This document shows positions 13,144 to 26,823 of a stretch of 64,000 bases of DNA, piece after piece. Position numbers and translations under genes: made by a program. Positions within the stretch are counted from its first letter, which is position 1, and every line of letters starts with the position of its first letter. The stretch lies in contig NC_086106.1 in NCBI RefSeq assembly GCF_963921235.1, positions 23,436,001 through 23,500,000 on the forward strand, given 5' to 3'. Under the pieces are notes generated by a model, which worked only from the letters and a program-made list of their open reading frames with translations, was not told the origin of the DNA and searched no databases. The stretch comes from Mobula hypostoma (taxonomy: Eukaryota).

Positions 13144-13580
13144 TGCGCCATGGGCAAAGATACAAGGCAGAATCGGAGACGAGTGCCCCGGCGATTGTTA
13201 AAGTTACATGCCGACTACGTGTGTCGAAGAGAATAGAAAATCTGTCTGAAGAATCGGGAGATCATTCCTTGCAACCACTGCTCAGTTTCCTTATTTGAAA
13301 TTTCGTTGCTGTCCCCGGAAACTGTGCGTACCAATATTTTTTTTACCGCTCCCGTCTGCTGCGGAGTAGTTGTAGTTGAGAGTTAGGGTCTTCCCTTCCT
13401 TAGCCTAAAGCTGAAGTTGTTTCTGGGATACCTGATCCTCACCACAAGCTCCTGGAAGGAAGCAGGACACAATTAGTACTCTGAGGGTAAATCAAAGTCG
13501 AGGGATCCACATGAGCTTCGTAATTTTAGACTCAGCTGGAAGGAAGATGACATTCTTCTACGTCATCTGCTGCACATCAT
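13144..13580 (-). pseudogene. TRAV/DV: TCR alpha/delta V pseudogene C1
   Basis: V exon 13451-13144 reads GACGEDQVSQKQLQL*AKEGKTLTLNYNYS, with an A-run frameshift before WYAQFP, then KE*SPDSSDRFSILFDTRSRHVTLTIAGALVSDSALYLC. The first Cys is changed to Tyr. The leader donor is GT>CT at 13535. The RSS is degenerate: CATATTG / 23 nt / GTAAAAACA (13143-13105). Confidence 0.88.
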
Positions 13581-14013
13581 TCAGATGTTTTGAGTGCACA
13601 GAAGTCCCGTTTTAAGTCGCCTTACCATTGTCTTCAAGGCATGAATTTTGACACTAAGAAATCGACTATTGCCGAAGAACAATTCGTAATTTTATCTTCA
13701 GCGTTAGGCAGCGTACGAGCAGTCGTGGCAATGCATATGTTTGGTGAAGATTCACTGCCGTAGTTTATGTACCTTGGTGGATTTGAAACTTTGGCCCAGT
13801 CAATGATCGATATGCTTATTCGTAATCAGTGTATACTCTCTCACTCACAAATCCGTACCCCCTCTTCCACATTAGAGGTCTGCAATGCGCAATGAAACGT
13901 GCAACGGCTCACACAATATATTCAGCAAACCTCAGAAAACACTCCGCAGGCCCGTACCGAATGATGTAAATTTGAGATGTTTATGGTATTTAACCTTTGA
14001 GGTCACCGTTGTC

Positions 14014-14200
14014 NNNNNNNNNNNNNNNNNNNNNNNNNNNNNNNNNNNNNNNNNNNNNNNNNNNNNNNNNNNNNNNNNNNNNNNNNNNNNNNNNNNNNNN
14101 NNNNNNNNNNNNNNNNNNNNNNNNNNNNNNNNNNNNNNNNNNNNNNNNNNNNNNNNNNNNNNNNNNNNNNNNNNNNNNNNNNNNNNNNNNNNNNNNNNNN
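14014..14200. other. Run of 187 N (gap or mask)
   Basis: The paralogous position (about 27711-27843) is a (CT)n-rich tract. Confidence 0.95.
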
Positions 14201-14699
14201 TCAGTCACTTACACCTTAAAAATTCCAACTAGGATCCATACTTGATTTTTTTTTTGTTTGTTTGTCTGTTTCTAGCACGTTTGTCACAGATGGAGATTGT
14301 CCACTTGTACTTACACAGAGAAATATAACACCTACAGCGCAATGCAAGCCTTTCTGCCCACAAAGTCGTAGCAAACGTGACCTATTCTACAAATTCTCCA
14401 CGGTTACCCGTAGTCCTCTATATTTCTAAGCTCCATGTACCAATCCAGCAGCCTCTAAAAAGACCCTATTATTTCCGCCTCAACCACCGCCGCCGGCAGC
14501 AACTCTGTCTACATCTCTCGTTTTAAAGTGCAGCAGTTGTTGAATGACATTACACGAGATTCCTGTCCCATCGTTTTTTATTTTACAGGAAAATGTATTT
14601 CAATTCCACCGATTGCAATATATTCAGTGAAACAGATTCGGGATATCACGTTTGTGGATTGAATTGTCTTCAATTTTATGTCCTTCACATACATGAGGA

Positions 14700-15060
14700 G
14701 TAAAAATATTTACGTTATGTCTATGTTTAAATGTACAAAGTGCTATCATAGTCTCTTATAAAAAATTATAATAACTAGAAGAGTCAAACTAACATGGAAA
14801 TACACTCGTCAGCTTGAGTTAATCAGTCTGTTGGACTGCTGGAAGGCGCTGCCCCGTTGCCTATTCGTCCGGCAGTTTATGCTGCGTTGCCACTTTCGGG
14901 ATGGTAGCAACTGGAATAGATAGATTTTGAGGTGACTACGGTCCCCGATCATCCTTCGGACCACTTACCACAGCGGTCTTTGCAATGCCCGAATCTCGTT
15001 TATATTCAGCACCGGGCCAATTCTGCTACACAAGTCCTCACAAGCACTGCGTGCACATAA
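14700..15060 (-). mobile_element. Rex1/Babar-like LINE 3' remnant (copy 1)
   Basis: Minus-strand translation MIGDRSHLKIYLFQLLPSRKWQRSINCRTNR..SAFQQSNRLINS matches the typical C-terminal LLPSGRRYRS..SFFP.AIRLLN pattern. Boundaries are approximate. Confidence 0.6.
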
Positions 15061-18000
15061 AATGCCCCCAAAAAGCTCTCGCCCCCTTCCTCCAGACAGA
15101 ATAGAAACACTGCCCGTCTGAACAGTGTCCGGACACATCAGCATTAACTATTCACGACACTCTGACACCCACACATTGGCCACCAAGAACTCCAGTTTCA
15201 CTGAACAATTTTCTTCTGGATAATCACAGGCACTGGTACCCCAAATCTCCAGTACCCTTAATATTGTCAAGGGTAAATGTTTCAGAAACCGTTTGTAAAA
15301 CGAACTGTACAACAACTTGACCTGCGCCACGGTGCCGAATATTGCTTTAGCATAGTTTCCATCTATCCGTAACGGCACCAGAGGGCGTTGTCCCTCTAAG
15401 CCTTCAGGAATAGTTTTGTTTTTTCCTTTCGAGATTTGCTTGGTACATTGCTAGGAACGTGCTCCCCCCAGAGACCACAAGCCGCTCCCCCACTGGGCCT
15501 CCACTAAGTGTCCCGACTCCTATCCGATCAGCTGAAAAACTGAGGAAGGTGCTGATCCCCTTAACTGATCCCCCGGCACTGCAATCAATTTATCTGCCCC
15601 CAACCCCCAGCCAGAGAAGAAACCCTGAAAACTTTCCACCAATCTACTGACACAGGTATGGAAAGCCCGCCAGGTGCTGCATTTTACTTTCAGTCCAACC
15701 AAACGCATTTCCCCCTACTTTCAGATAACTGACAGCTGTCACTACTGGGTAATTGGAACTGACAGTTCTGACATCGTCAACTGCCCGCCTATCCTAACTT
15801 CCAGCCAATCCCTGTCGTTTCCCTGAGCCAAGCATTGCCTCTCATCTGACAACTGAGAGGATCGTTCCAACCACGCCCCCGCACCGTTAAGGATGGACAT
15901 TATCCCAAAAAACAGGCGGAGGTTGCCATAGCTGGAACATTTATTCGCAGATATTACCTCCGAATGACACCGTTCCCAATCTTTGCTCTCTCTCCTAACG
16001 GTATGGACAGCCCATGACGTCAATAGACACTGGCAGTTCCACCACCATCTCGTAAGCGCTAGTCTACACTTGAAAAAAGACCTCTGGCGTACCAACAGCC
16101 ACCCCACCGATTACTTTGATTTTCCAGATGACATCCATGGGAATTATGCCATTTGAAAACCATTTTCATCTGCAACATTCTACTTTGCTTTATCTCTCAC
16201 CCGTGATAGCAAAGGACCCGTTACACTTTCAATACAATATGTTGAAATGCTTTCTATCTTTGTCGTTTCTTTACACTATATTGTATTAAAGAATGGAATC
16301 AGCATTTATTCCTCAACGGAGCGGTAGACCGTTGTCAGCATTATAAACACGTGACATATCTTGTAGAAGTGTGATATTCCCGGTATCCTTTTAATATAAT
16401 TTATCATTAAACTTCTCGTTCTGCTACCGAGGTTGATGAGTGTACGAGTATGAAGAGTATCAGTGTTGATTACGATATTATCTAGCACGTTCTTTTGTTA
16501 AAATGGTGTAGCGAAGACTCAATGGTAAGTTCAGAAGTCGAATGTACGACAACACAATGACACACCATATTGACACAATTAGACATCAAATTACTGTGTA
16601 AGTTACTTATTTCAAATATCTATGGCTGTATTACAAAACAACAAATAAAGATTTTATGCGACAATTATATACAACTTTACAGCCACGCTGAGTTTTTGAG
16701 TTAACTACTAATTTAAAAAATCTGCTGACATTTGCGATCCAGTTGTGGCAGGCAGAAAGCACCGTTGCTAGGATATGACTTGTCTCTGCACACATGGATT
16801 CAGAACGCTGTTGTCTCGTTTGGAAGATTTCGATGAAATATGACGATTGGGTCTATTTGCCTGCAACGATTGGGTGTGTAGACTAAATACCCGGAAGTAT
16901 ATCAATGAAACGCATCATTATAACATATAGTTACAGCAATGCAAAGCAATACCATAATATGATGGAGAACGAACCATGGGCACAGTAAGTAAATTCTCAA
17001 AAGACCCCCAAGTCGATCGACTCCCGAGTCCCCGATAGCAGGTAACAAAAGGCAGAAAATCCCTGCCATAAACTCCCACGCTTCGTCAACTTGCCGATGT
17101 CTTGGAAGCAGCCGACCACAGCCGACACTGAGTCCATCCGTCCGAAAACTTCGAGTTACTAACCAGTCTCTCCGATGTAGCCTCCCGAGCGCCATCCTCT
17201 GCCGAGCGCCTTAGATCGCGATCCAGCTGCTAAAACAAGCAAAGCCGAGGATTTCGGGCCATCTGCTCCAGAGATTCCGATTACCACACAGTAGCAGCGG
17301 CAGCGAAGCGGGCATTTCAGAAGTTTTCCAGTTGTTCCCCCGTACTCTCACCATCCTCTCCATCACATCAGAATTGTGCACTGTCCCCTACTTGATAGAT
17401 AACAGACATCACCACCGAAGTGGCCACGTGCGGTTAGCTGTTTAATTTGGAAAAGGAAAGTGGGCTTAAACAGTACATAGGATATAGAGTTGGGATAGAA
17501 GGATATAAACGGACCAGACCAGTCATGCTGGACTGAAGTTAATGTCTCTTTGCGGTTGATTGTTTGGACTCTGAGACTCTTGTAATATTATTGCCAAGTT
17601 CATTAGTATACAAATGAAACATTCAAACAATCTGAAGCTGAGACGGAAAGAACTAGAAACTCCACTGTGTTGTTTGTCTCTTCAACATAGTCTGCAACGG
17701 CTATTTTTCCTCCAGCGATGACACCAACCTCCTGGCTTTGGCCCTTATAAAAAGATTTAAAAAAAAAATCAAATCTATTATTTCGAACAGTATCATGTGA
17801 AGTAATTTTAGATACTACCATTTTGCCTTAACGTTTTACTTGCAGCTGAATCTTTTTGAACTCAGGAAGTAGGTTATATCCGGTCTCGTCTAGTCTGTCA
17901 AATTTATGTTGATTGGCTGTGTTGAGGAACAAAGAAGTCATACAGGAATGTCCATGAGTTGATTGGGGGATTCGAAGAAGCAAAAAAACTTGATGCAACG

Positions 18001-18109
18001 CAGATAAGTCAAGTGGCTTCTTAACAAACAAGAACGCACTCTTTAGGGGCACTAATATAACTTACTTGAGAATAAAAAGTTTCAGTACAAATCCACAGCG
18101 AACACAGAC

Positions 18110-18955
18110 ATGCTTGCCCTATATTTGTTTATTATTGCAGCAGGTCTTCTGATCGGTAAGTTTTTTTTTTCCCAAACATTTTCGACATCGGTAATTTTCT
18201 CTGACAGTGCAGAACAAAATAATCAATCAGAATACCATTAATGCAATTTTGAACAGGAGAGGAAAGGATCTGAGGGTACGAAAGTAATATGGATTCAAAT
18301 CTCCTGCAAGTGGCAATAGGATGATTGATTCGGTATTTCCAGGCGAACAATAGTCGATTGGATTCAGGCCTTGGCGGGAAATCGTTGTCTTTGCTTTCCT
18401 CTTGAGATGCAACGGGGACGAGGGCTCACTAATAAGGGCAATTGGATTTTTTTTCTCAGAAAGTTAATTTTATTCAACCTTTTCTGCCACCCTTGCTAAT
18501 TTATACAGGCGTAATACTTTTACCTCAACTTGTAAACTGCACCCCTCGTCTCCAAACAGTACAAAGGAACCAGGATATGCTTCGTCAGTATGTTAGTGGA
18601 ACATTGATACTATTTGACTAAAATTTGGAAATTATTTTTGTTCTGCAACAGGATATTGCCGAGGCGATGCCGTTTATCAGTCACCTGCCGTCACTACAGT
18701 CACGGAAGGGGAAGTTGCAGTGTTAAATTGTAATTATACAACAACAAGCACGAACCTCGATTTATTCTGGTACCGTCAGTATCCCAGAGGTTCCCTCGAG
18801 TTTCTGTTGCACCTTACAAAATATGATAGCCACCGAGAGAATGTTCTACGACAACGCTTCACGGCGCAGCTTAATGATTCAAGTAGAACGGTCCCACTGA
18901 CAGTATCCGAAACACATCTAGAAGGCACTGCCATGTATTACTGTGCTCTGAGACC
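18110..18955 (+). CDS. TRAV/DV: TCR alpha/delta V segment A2, apparently functional (leader 18110-18155, intron 18156-18651, V exon 18652-18955)
   Basis: Leader MLALYLFIIAAGLLI with a GTAAG donor. The V exon reads GYCRGDAVYQSPAVTTVTEGEVAVLNCNYTTTSTNLDLFWYRQYPRGSLEFLL..YYCALRP and is open throughout. A 23-RSS follows. Confidence 0.93.
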
Positions 18956-18994
18956 CACAGGGGTACAGAAGCAGTCTGAACCAGTACAATAACT
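18956..18994 (+). promoter_or_regulatory. 23-RSS of V-A2
   Basis: CACAGGG (18956-18962), 23-nt spacer, ACAATAACT (18986-18994). Confidence 0.92.
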
Positions 18995-21900
18995 GCTTGC
19001 GTTCTCTAGTGACAGCTGAGTGTAACCGCCGCTCTCTGCGCGTCGGGAGGTCCTTGGTCGACCCGATATGCACTCAAATAGCAATACATTCCATGATATT
19101 ATTATCCAGCTGACTGAATCTCCCTCAGTACGTTACTGTTCAATCTGTTCAAAACCCCGTCTATAATCATTCCTACGACAGAAGAAGCAGCAACCTCCCA
19201 TTGTTATTTTCCTCACAATATTTTGAAGAAGAGCTTATTTCCCTTCCATTGCTGCGGACGCAGTCCCCCCCCCCCCCCACCCCCAGTATCTTACTGACAT
19301 CTCACGGTTTTCGCAATTTATTATTAATTGCAATTTTTAACATGACAATTAATTTATTTGTTTCTACTTCTGAACATTCTTTCAGAGCTATATCGCCGCG
19401 CCCTTCTATGCAGTACAAGGTAACTGCAATCTAATATTGCCGGAATGTTACATCACGATCACCAATAGGGGGCGGGGGTGGAGTGGTGAAATTGTTGCTT
19501 GTTGCCACTTACGGGCCAGAGGAGGGTAGCTGGATGAGACTGTGGGATTCTAACTTTTAAGTGTCATTCATTCTTGCAGGACCCTCCTTTGTTTGTTTTT
19601 GTGGTTAGTTGCGAATAAAAAAGCATTTCCGGATTTACATTGTTCACGTTTCTCTGAGATTAACCATACCTTTGAAACTTTTGAAATAACAAGTATATGG
19701 GCGCACTGGTACAGGACGAGATTGAATTTTAATTTGCAACTCGCTCTTGATAGTACTGCTGAACCAATCGAGGAGGACGTGGTTTACAGAGCGAGCGTTA
19801 CTTCTGCTATGCTCGGAATTGCACTGCTGACATCTCACTTTTCAGGAAATAACATTGACATCACTCATAACACAATTCAAAATCAGTCTGACTGAGGAGT
19901 AAGAGAAGCATCGGAGACAATTTACCGGGGAATGGGTAACATGAACGCAGAAAGTCTCTTCTTAATATATTATAGCTTAATGGGAAGTACTGCCGTAGTG
20001 TCATTCGTGTCGGAGTCGAAATATCGTGCTAACCATGCTGTTATATTCTATGGTTCGTGCTACAATTATATAATACATGTAATGTAATGAACTGTTCTCT
20101 TCGGATTATCGGATATGTTATAGTATGGACCTTGACTACTGCGATTTCGAAAGGGTGCTCCACTGCTTTAACAAAGATACATTTCTGTGAAATTATCTTC
20201 GGCAATATCACCTCGAAATTATTATCGGGTTAGTGAAGCTATTTTGCCTTGTGTATTAGAGCCCGATGCATAAATTAATGAGCCCTGCCCCCCAGTGCAC
20301 TGCATTTGCAAATTGTTAATTTACCTAAAGTTGTTAAACCCTGCGCTTTATATTTAACAGTGTCCATTAATTTTGACTAGCACGGAATTTTCCAGTTTCT
20401 GTGTGTATTTAAAGCGAATTCCAATGAGAGATGGCTCTAAACTCCCTTTGTTTCCAGAATGATTCAACTCCCAATGTTGCTTGGTCTAACCACTGATACT
20501 CTGTCGGGATTTCCTTCAAATGAACTCGTGCTTCAGTGTCTAAATGTTATATTGTCGGTTTCCCGCAATGGCGGCAGTCATTTCTTTGCGCACACTGTCG
20601 CTGTATAAATGTGTTAAGAATAAATCAATTTTGTTGGTGAAAGGGGACTATTAATTAAAGTCCTTTTCCCTGGTGGAATGTTTACTATGTTGACTGCTGT
20701 AATCTTATTTGTGCATAGTGGTTGTTGTTTTATGTCCCCTTCATGCCTCAACCATTGTCATCAGTTTCACAAAGGCAAGCTGTAGCTAAATTCTTGTGCA
20801 GCTCAAGTACGCATGACGATATTGTAATATGAAACATATAGGGAGGAATGTTATAGAGGTTAGTTTAGTTTCAGCATGTGATTGAGTTCAGAGAACAATG
20901 ATTGCACGTGGCTGAACAATTACGTTTGAAAGTACATAATTAATAAACATGATAGAGAAGTCAGCTCTTTTAATTCATTATAGATGGTGTACTTTCAATC
21001 GAACATGATCAATGTGAGCAGCGTTGATGTTACAGTAACCGTGTCTGTACCAGGACTAAAATAATTTGATTTAATTTAATTGAAGCCCGTAAAATGTAAT
21101 CTCAGTCCTTGGAGCTCTGTGCAATGTGGAGATTAGTGCATTCTGAGCGGTGTCTCAGAAAGGCAGCCCCATTGTTAAGGAGCTCCAGCACCCACCGGAT
21201 GCACGTTTAAGATCGTTACCATCAGGTCGTAGTTACAGAGGCTTCAGGGCACAAATTCACCGATTCAAAACAGCTTCCTCACCTCTGCCATCCGATTCCT
21301 AAATGTACATTGAAGCTTTGGACACTGACCTCATTTTTTAAATTTAACGTATTTCTGATTTTGCCTAATAGATTTACTGGTATATTTATTATTATGCTTT
21401 ATTTTATTACTTTTTCTCCGCTAGATCACATATTCACGTCACATGCTGCTGATAATAAACCTTTTTTTTCTGATTCTGAAATCTTAATCAAAACATGTAC
21501 TATAAAACATGTTAGAGAGAGTGGAATAAAAAGGAAAGAGGCGGACGATAATGCAAAATGTAGAAAACATAATGTGATTACTATTTCAAGCGAAGAACAT
21601 TCCGAAAAAAATTGCATAGCATTGCTCAATAATGACTGGTATTATATATCTGCCGAACGGAATAACGGCAGACGTATTCGGAAGAGCAACTGCGCCCAGT
21701 TGAAATCTCATCATTTTCAAGTGCGATAGAAACGGTGATAATGAACACTACTTCGAATAAATATAGACTGAGCTATTGTCCGTAGATACACGAGGGAAAA
21801 AAAAATCTGTATTATTTCACTCAGATCTGTGAGGTCGTCAAAACTCGTTAGAGTCAGATAATGGCGAAAGACGTAAGTGCTTTCTGAGATTCTTCGTTTT

Positions 21901-23532
21901 CTGAAGCCCCCAATATTCTCCTTGCTTTTCTATGTGTCTCTATGCCTCATACTACAGAAACTCTTACAAGTCACTTAATCATTGATTACATTGACTATAT
22001 TCCGATTGGCCCTCCGAATACAATTCCTGAAATGTTATTACACATGATCAAACTACTGAATTGTATATCTTTCTATTTTTACTACATTAGGAAACCATTC
22101 TACGCATTCAGGAATGTTGCAAAGGTTAAAAATACACTATTGTGAGGCAAACAAATCTTCCAGTTCTTCAGAGTATAGGTTGAACGGTTATTACACACAT
22201 TCACTTTACAGAAACCCGTTTACTTCGCCAATAACTCAATTGGCTTTGTTTCTCGATCGATCAATCCCTCGCTGTTTCACTGTTTCACGATACAGCCAGT
22301 TAACCAGGCGAAAGCCGATCCGATAAGACCGGACATAAGTTACTTCCTCTGATTTGACGATGACGCTGCATATAAGGGACAGAAAGAAAGATAGCAGGAA
22401 GAGAATTGACCTAAGGGAATACTGTAGGAAAAGATTGAGCTCATATTTATTTCACTGAATATCAATATATAATAAGCGGATACACCCGCACGGACTGGGA
22501 GTAGGAAAATATCTTACAGAGAACATCCCAGATGTCGAATTTAATGACCTTTGGCTTTCGAGTTTATCAAACATATTCAATCACAAGATTGTCCAAAAGT
22601 CATCAGTATCATGTAGGTAAAGATTATAATATCGAAAACAGGAAATGCTGCCTACCACGAGCAGCCTCACCACTGTTATATTGTCCTGCTCAATTTAACC
22701 GTTACACATTATAAAAAAAATCTTTGTTTTACTATTTGTGCACTTGAAACACTTGTATTCATTTATATAACCCTTCTCTGCAAGCGTGTCAGAGATATCA
22801 ACCGCATTCTGAAACAACAATAAAACAGGGTTATACTTCACTTTTGCTTGAGTTATCCTTCCAGTCAGCTTAAACCTACCCCCAAATCTGTGTAAGTCAA
22901 GAAGTGCAAACAGGGGATAACGTACGCTATTTATTTCACTGATACTTTGATATACGTTTTCTCCTTTACTCTGCAGTTCCTGCGATTTTGAAATAGAAAG
23001 AGTCTTCACATCGATTCTGTCCTGGCAGCTAACTTCTCCTCATCTAGACAATATCACGGGCAATCCAATTATTCGTTGAAAAAAAAAACAAATGACGAAG
23101 GAGACACCGTTGGCTACGTCATCTGATACACGTCATTCGGAGGTGAATTTGGCTTTCAATGTACCAAAAAATATCAGAAAATGTCAATTCCAAAAATTGT
23201 CAGCCTCTGCTTTAGTGATTAATATGGACCGATGCTGCGTGACAGGTTCTCTGTCCTCTCTTGTTTACATCGAGAAATATAATTTTAAAGCTAAATGTTA
23301 GCACTGGGAATTTGTCATGTGGGGTTTGAACTCTATGACATTTCAGATTATAAGGAAATTTGTATTAGTTTCGCGCATTGTCAACATATTTTTAACTCGT
23401 TACCCCTGTGTACGACAACATCTTTTCTTATCCCGGATCAGCTCCGTTCAACGCGTCAGTGTGCGCTCTGGAAACAACAGGTTTGATCCTCTGCGTTTCT
23501 GCCCTGTTATGTAGCTGTACTGAGCCCATGTC

Positions 23533-24787
23533 GGCGTCCTGGCACAAAGATACATAGCGAAATCTGGAATGAGAGACCCGGTGATGTTGAAAGTAAAATG
23601 CCGACAATTTCTGCTGGATCGACAGGAAAACCGGTCTGGCAAATCGGGAGATCGTTATTCGACTGTAGTGCTGAGCCTAGGAGGGAATGCGGAGCTTAGG
23701 AGGGGTAATGCCTCCTGGGGACGACTCCTTCGCTTCCATCTTCGGAAACCGTTTTTTTTTTCAACGTTTAATATCCTTATTTTTGCCATTCAGGGCTCTT
23801 TTGAAAAACCCTGACCCGGAATTTCACACAGGCTTCTTTTTTTTTTTTGCGAGAATGGGACCGGTACGCAGGGTTGAATGACTGGCCGTTATTCAGCCTT
23901 CCACGGGTTTTGCCTAAGAGCCTAGATTGTCTTTGGAAGCCTAAGATCTCGGAGCTCTGGAGAAGCCGGGGATAGATGGTCGGTGTCACGTCAGGAGAGA
24001 CGTGTGCTGTCGGGGACGCCAGAAAATATCTCGCTGTGAGCACGAAGACCCGAGGTCTTTGAAATCTTCGGACGCAGAGCTCGAAAAAAAACGACAAAAA
24101 GGACTTTTAACACCGTAAACCAGCGCGATGTTGTGATGTCCACCTCTCGCCATGAGAATGCAGGGCATCTCACTCGCCAGAGAGAGAGAGAACTTGTAGT
24201 TTTTCGAATGTCGGATGAAATGCGAGACCTCTGGATAACTTTCGACTGTGTCCTTTCTATCGCTTAGGTGACGCTTGTGCTCGCGTGCACTGTTTGTTTG
24301 TCCAGTTGTGGAAGGAGCGAATGTTGTTCACTGCCGCTTCCGCGCAGGAGGGTGGAGCTGGGGGTGGGGGTTCACAGGTTTAACAGTCGTTCATTATTTA
24401 TGGCACTGCTCTGTTTCCGTGGGTGTTTGCGAAGCAAAAGCATTTCAGAATATAGATTGTAGACATTTCTGTGATATTAAAATGGACCTCTAAAACTTTG
24501 TACCGTTGTTTTCTTTTTTGAAATTTCAGCGGTGTCCCGCGTAACTGCGTGTACCAAAGAGCAGTACCACTGTCTTAAGCTGCGGAACAGGTTCAGGTGA
24601 TGGTTACCGTTGGCCCTTCCTGTGTCGGCAGTTCAGGCGGTTTCTGGGATACTATTTTCTCGCCACAAGCTCCTGCAAGAAAGCACGACCCAGTAGAATT
24701 CAAAGCCAAATCTGCACACCAGATTTTTTTAAGTGCAGACCCAGCTGGAAGCACGAGAATTACGAACATTGCAAGATGTGCGATCTT
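23533..24787 (-). pseudogene. TRAV/DV: TCR alpha/delta V pseudogene B2, split by the same retroposon-like insert
   Basis: Exon 24672-23533, with the same TGA (first Cys) and TAA stops as B1 and an insert at 23676-24507. The 3' half reads PDLPDRFSCRSSRNCRHFTFNITGSLIPDFAMYLCARTP. The heptamer has decayed to GACATGG (23532-23526) while the nonamer GCAGAAACG is retained. The leader donor is GT>CT at 24744. Confidence 0.88.
23676..24507 (+). mobile_element. Non-autonomous retroposon-like insert inside V-B2 (complete 3' end)
   Basis: Orthologous to 9988-10820. It ends in AAGCATTTCAG..TTGTAGACATTTCTGTGATATTAAAATGGACCTCTAAAACTTTG, like the tail at 3360-3420. Confidence 0.62.
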
Positions 24788-26823
24788 GTCTTGAAGCGCG
24801 ATAACTTAACTTGTTCATGTCTATCTATGAGAGCACACAGATGAAATATAATTGTTTTATTTTGCAGATAAATAGCGTTCTCCTAGTTCAGGATGGCCTG
24901 TCACAAAAATAAGACAGGTTTGGCACAAATCATCTTCTCCCATGACATTTGATGCAAGTCTTTCGGAGCTGCATTACAATTTTAAACGTACCACAAAATA
25001 TCGGAACAAGTCAGCAAGTAGCTGGAGCGTCAGTACAGCTCATTGAAATGTCCACTTTAACTGTGGTGATTAACATGGGCAGTTGCTGCATGACGGATTT
25101 TCCCTCTCTCTAATTTGACGAAAAGTACATATAATACAAGAGTAAAAATGTATTACTCTGGCCTTGTTATGTGGGAATCGTTTACTTGTCGGTCGAAAAC
25201 TGCTAGGAAAATAATCTTCAGAGTTAGCGGAGCGCACGCGCTCTCTGACCGATGTATCAAGTTCGCTAAGGGGTGAATGTTGTCGTTTGAATAATCTGGG
25301 TGTTTCACAACTACGTGTTCGGCAGCACAGTTGATACGGCAATTTTACTTGTGGGTATGTAAGTTTCTGCTACTTATGATTTAATCTCGATGATATTTAA
25401 CTCTATAAATGCCGTCGTTGTCCTCGTAGAGACTTGGACAGAGCACAACAACGCGTCGCTACGTGTTTCTATTCGGCATTCCCTGAGAAAATCGACGATC
25501 AAGTCAACTGATCAGAAGACTAGCGGTATTCGTTTAATGTTGAGATGTTCCTTTCAGCCGCAGTGTAGACTTCGTTTTCCATTTTAGAGTTTTCGTTAAC
25601 GATTTTGTTTGGCCTTGCGTATATTGCTTTATTTTCCATTTTACGCTGATCGCATTGAAGTCTGTGAACTATCGACCTGCTTCAATGTCTCTCACTCCGC
25701 ACTTGGGCCATATCCGAACCTGCTAACAGGGTGACCTCAACGTTTTGTCGAATCTTTCGCTGCTTCAGAATACATGATCGACGTGCGCATTCGCAGTCAG
25801 TGTCTTCTGGTTCACTCTATTCCTGGGCCCCTTCTTTCATGATGGATACCTGCAATGATAATTAAAACAGACAACAACTAAGTGTTAAACACATTACATT
25901 CAGAAAAAAAACACAAAACATTCAACTATTTTAGTCGGCATGTAATGTTTGACGGAAGAGTGTAAATTGAAGATGTAAATATTCATTAATATCTGCGAAA
26001 CGTGGTGCAATGATATTATCTGAACCTCTCTCTCTCTCTCTCTCTCTCCCCGCCTCACTCTCCTCTCTCATACTCTCACTCGTCCATTTAACGCAAAACT
26101 TTTCTTTTTTTTTCCATCGTTAAGTATAGTTGTCGCATTGCAACGAAAGTAAGTAGAATTAAAAAAAAAACATAATTCCATGGACTGCAGTGGAGTCAAA
26201 TTCGGGTAAAATTAATGGAAAGATGCGATTACACATTACAACGAGAGAGGTGTGATTAGTGGTGAAGCCAATTGCAGAGCAATGTCTTCAATTATTTCAG
26301 ACTCAGACGATGTAAACATGAAAACATAACCAACATGCTAGACCACAACCATTAGTACGATTAATGTAAGTCCAATGATTGACAGTTCTCATCGTGAGGC
26401 ACTTAACCACAGACATTCCATGACGTACTGAGTCAAACAATAGTTGGCTTCTGAGACATAAATGTACCCCAGTAAGTAACCGTACATTGGGGAAGATGAG
26501 CGCCAGCAACTGGATGCATGCCGCTGTTCCCTCAGGTCAATGACTTAAATGAAACAATTCATGTTGGCTCAGTTTTGAATGGCCGAGATGGATCAGTAGT
26601 TGATGGGGTTAAATTTAGCAGCAGATTTATGAATCCAATGACATTTCACATTTCAGTGAACATTGGGAGTTGTATAGCTTTGCTCATTTTATTTGCTTCT
26701 CCTGTGCACCCTTAAATCTTCCTTCATTCATTCCGATCAGCTAAGTTTAACGCGATCGGGCGCCCCCTGGAGAATGTGCCTCTGTGTTTTTATCCAGGTC
26801 TGCAGCTGTTATGAACCAATATG

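Larger units (their letters stand above)
1..16110 (+). repeat. Segmental tandem duplication, unit 1 (starts upstream of the window)
   Basis: Position 1 (GTACGACAACACAATGAC) aligns to 16544. The alignment is collinear through V-A, V-B and V-C, and homology ends at 16110/29733. Confidence 0.95.
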
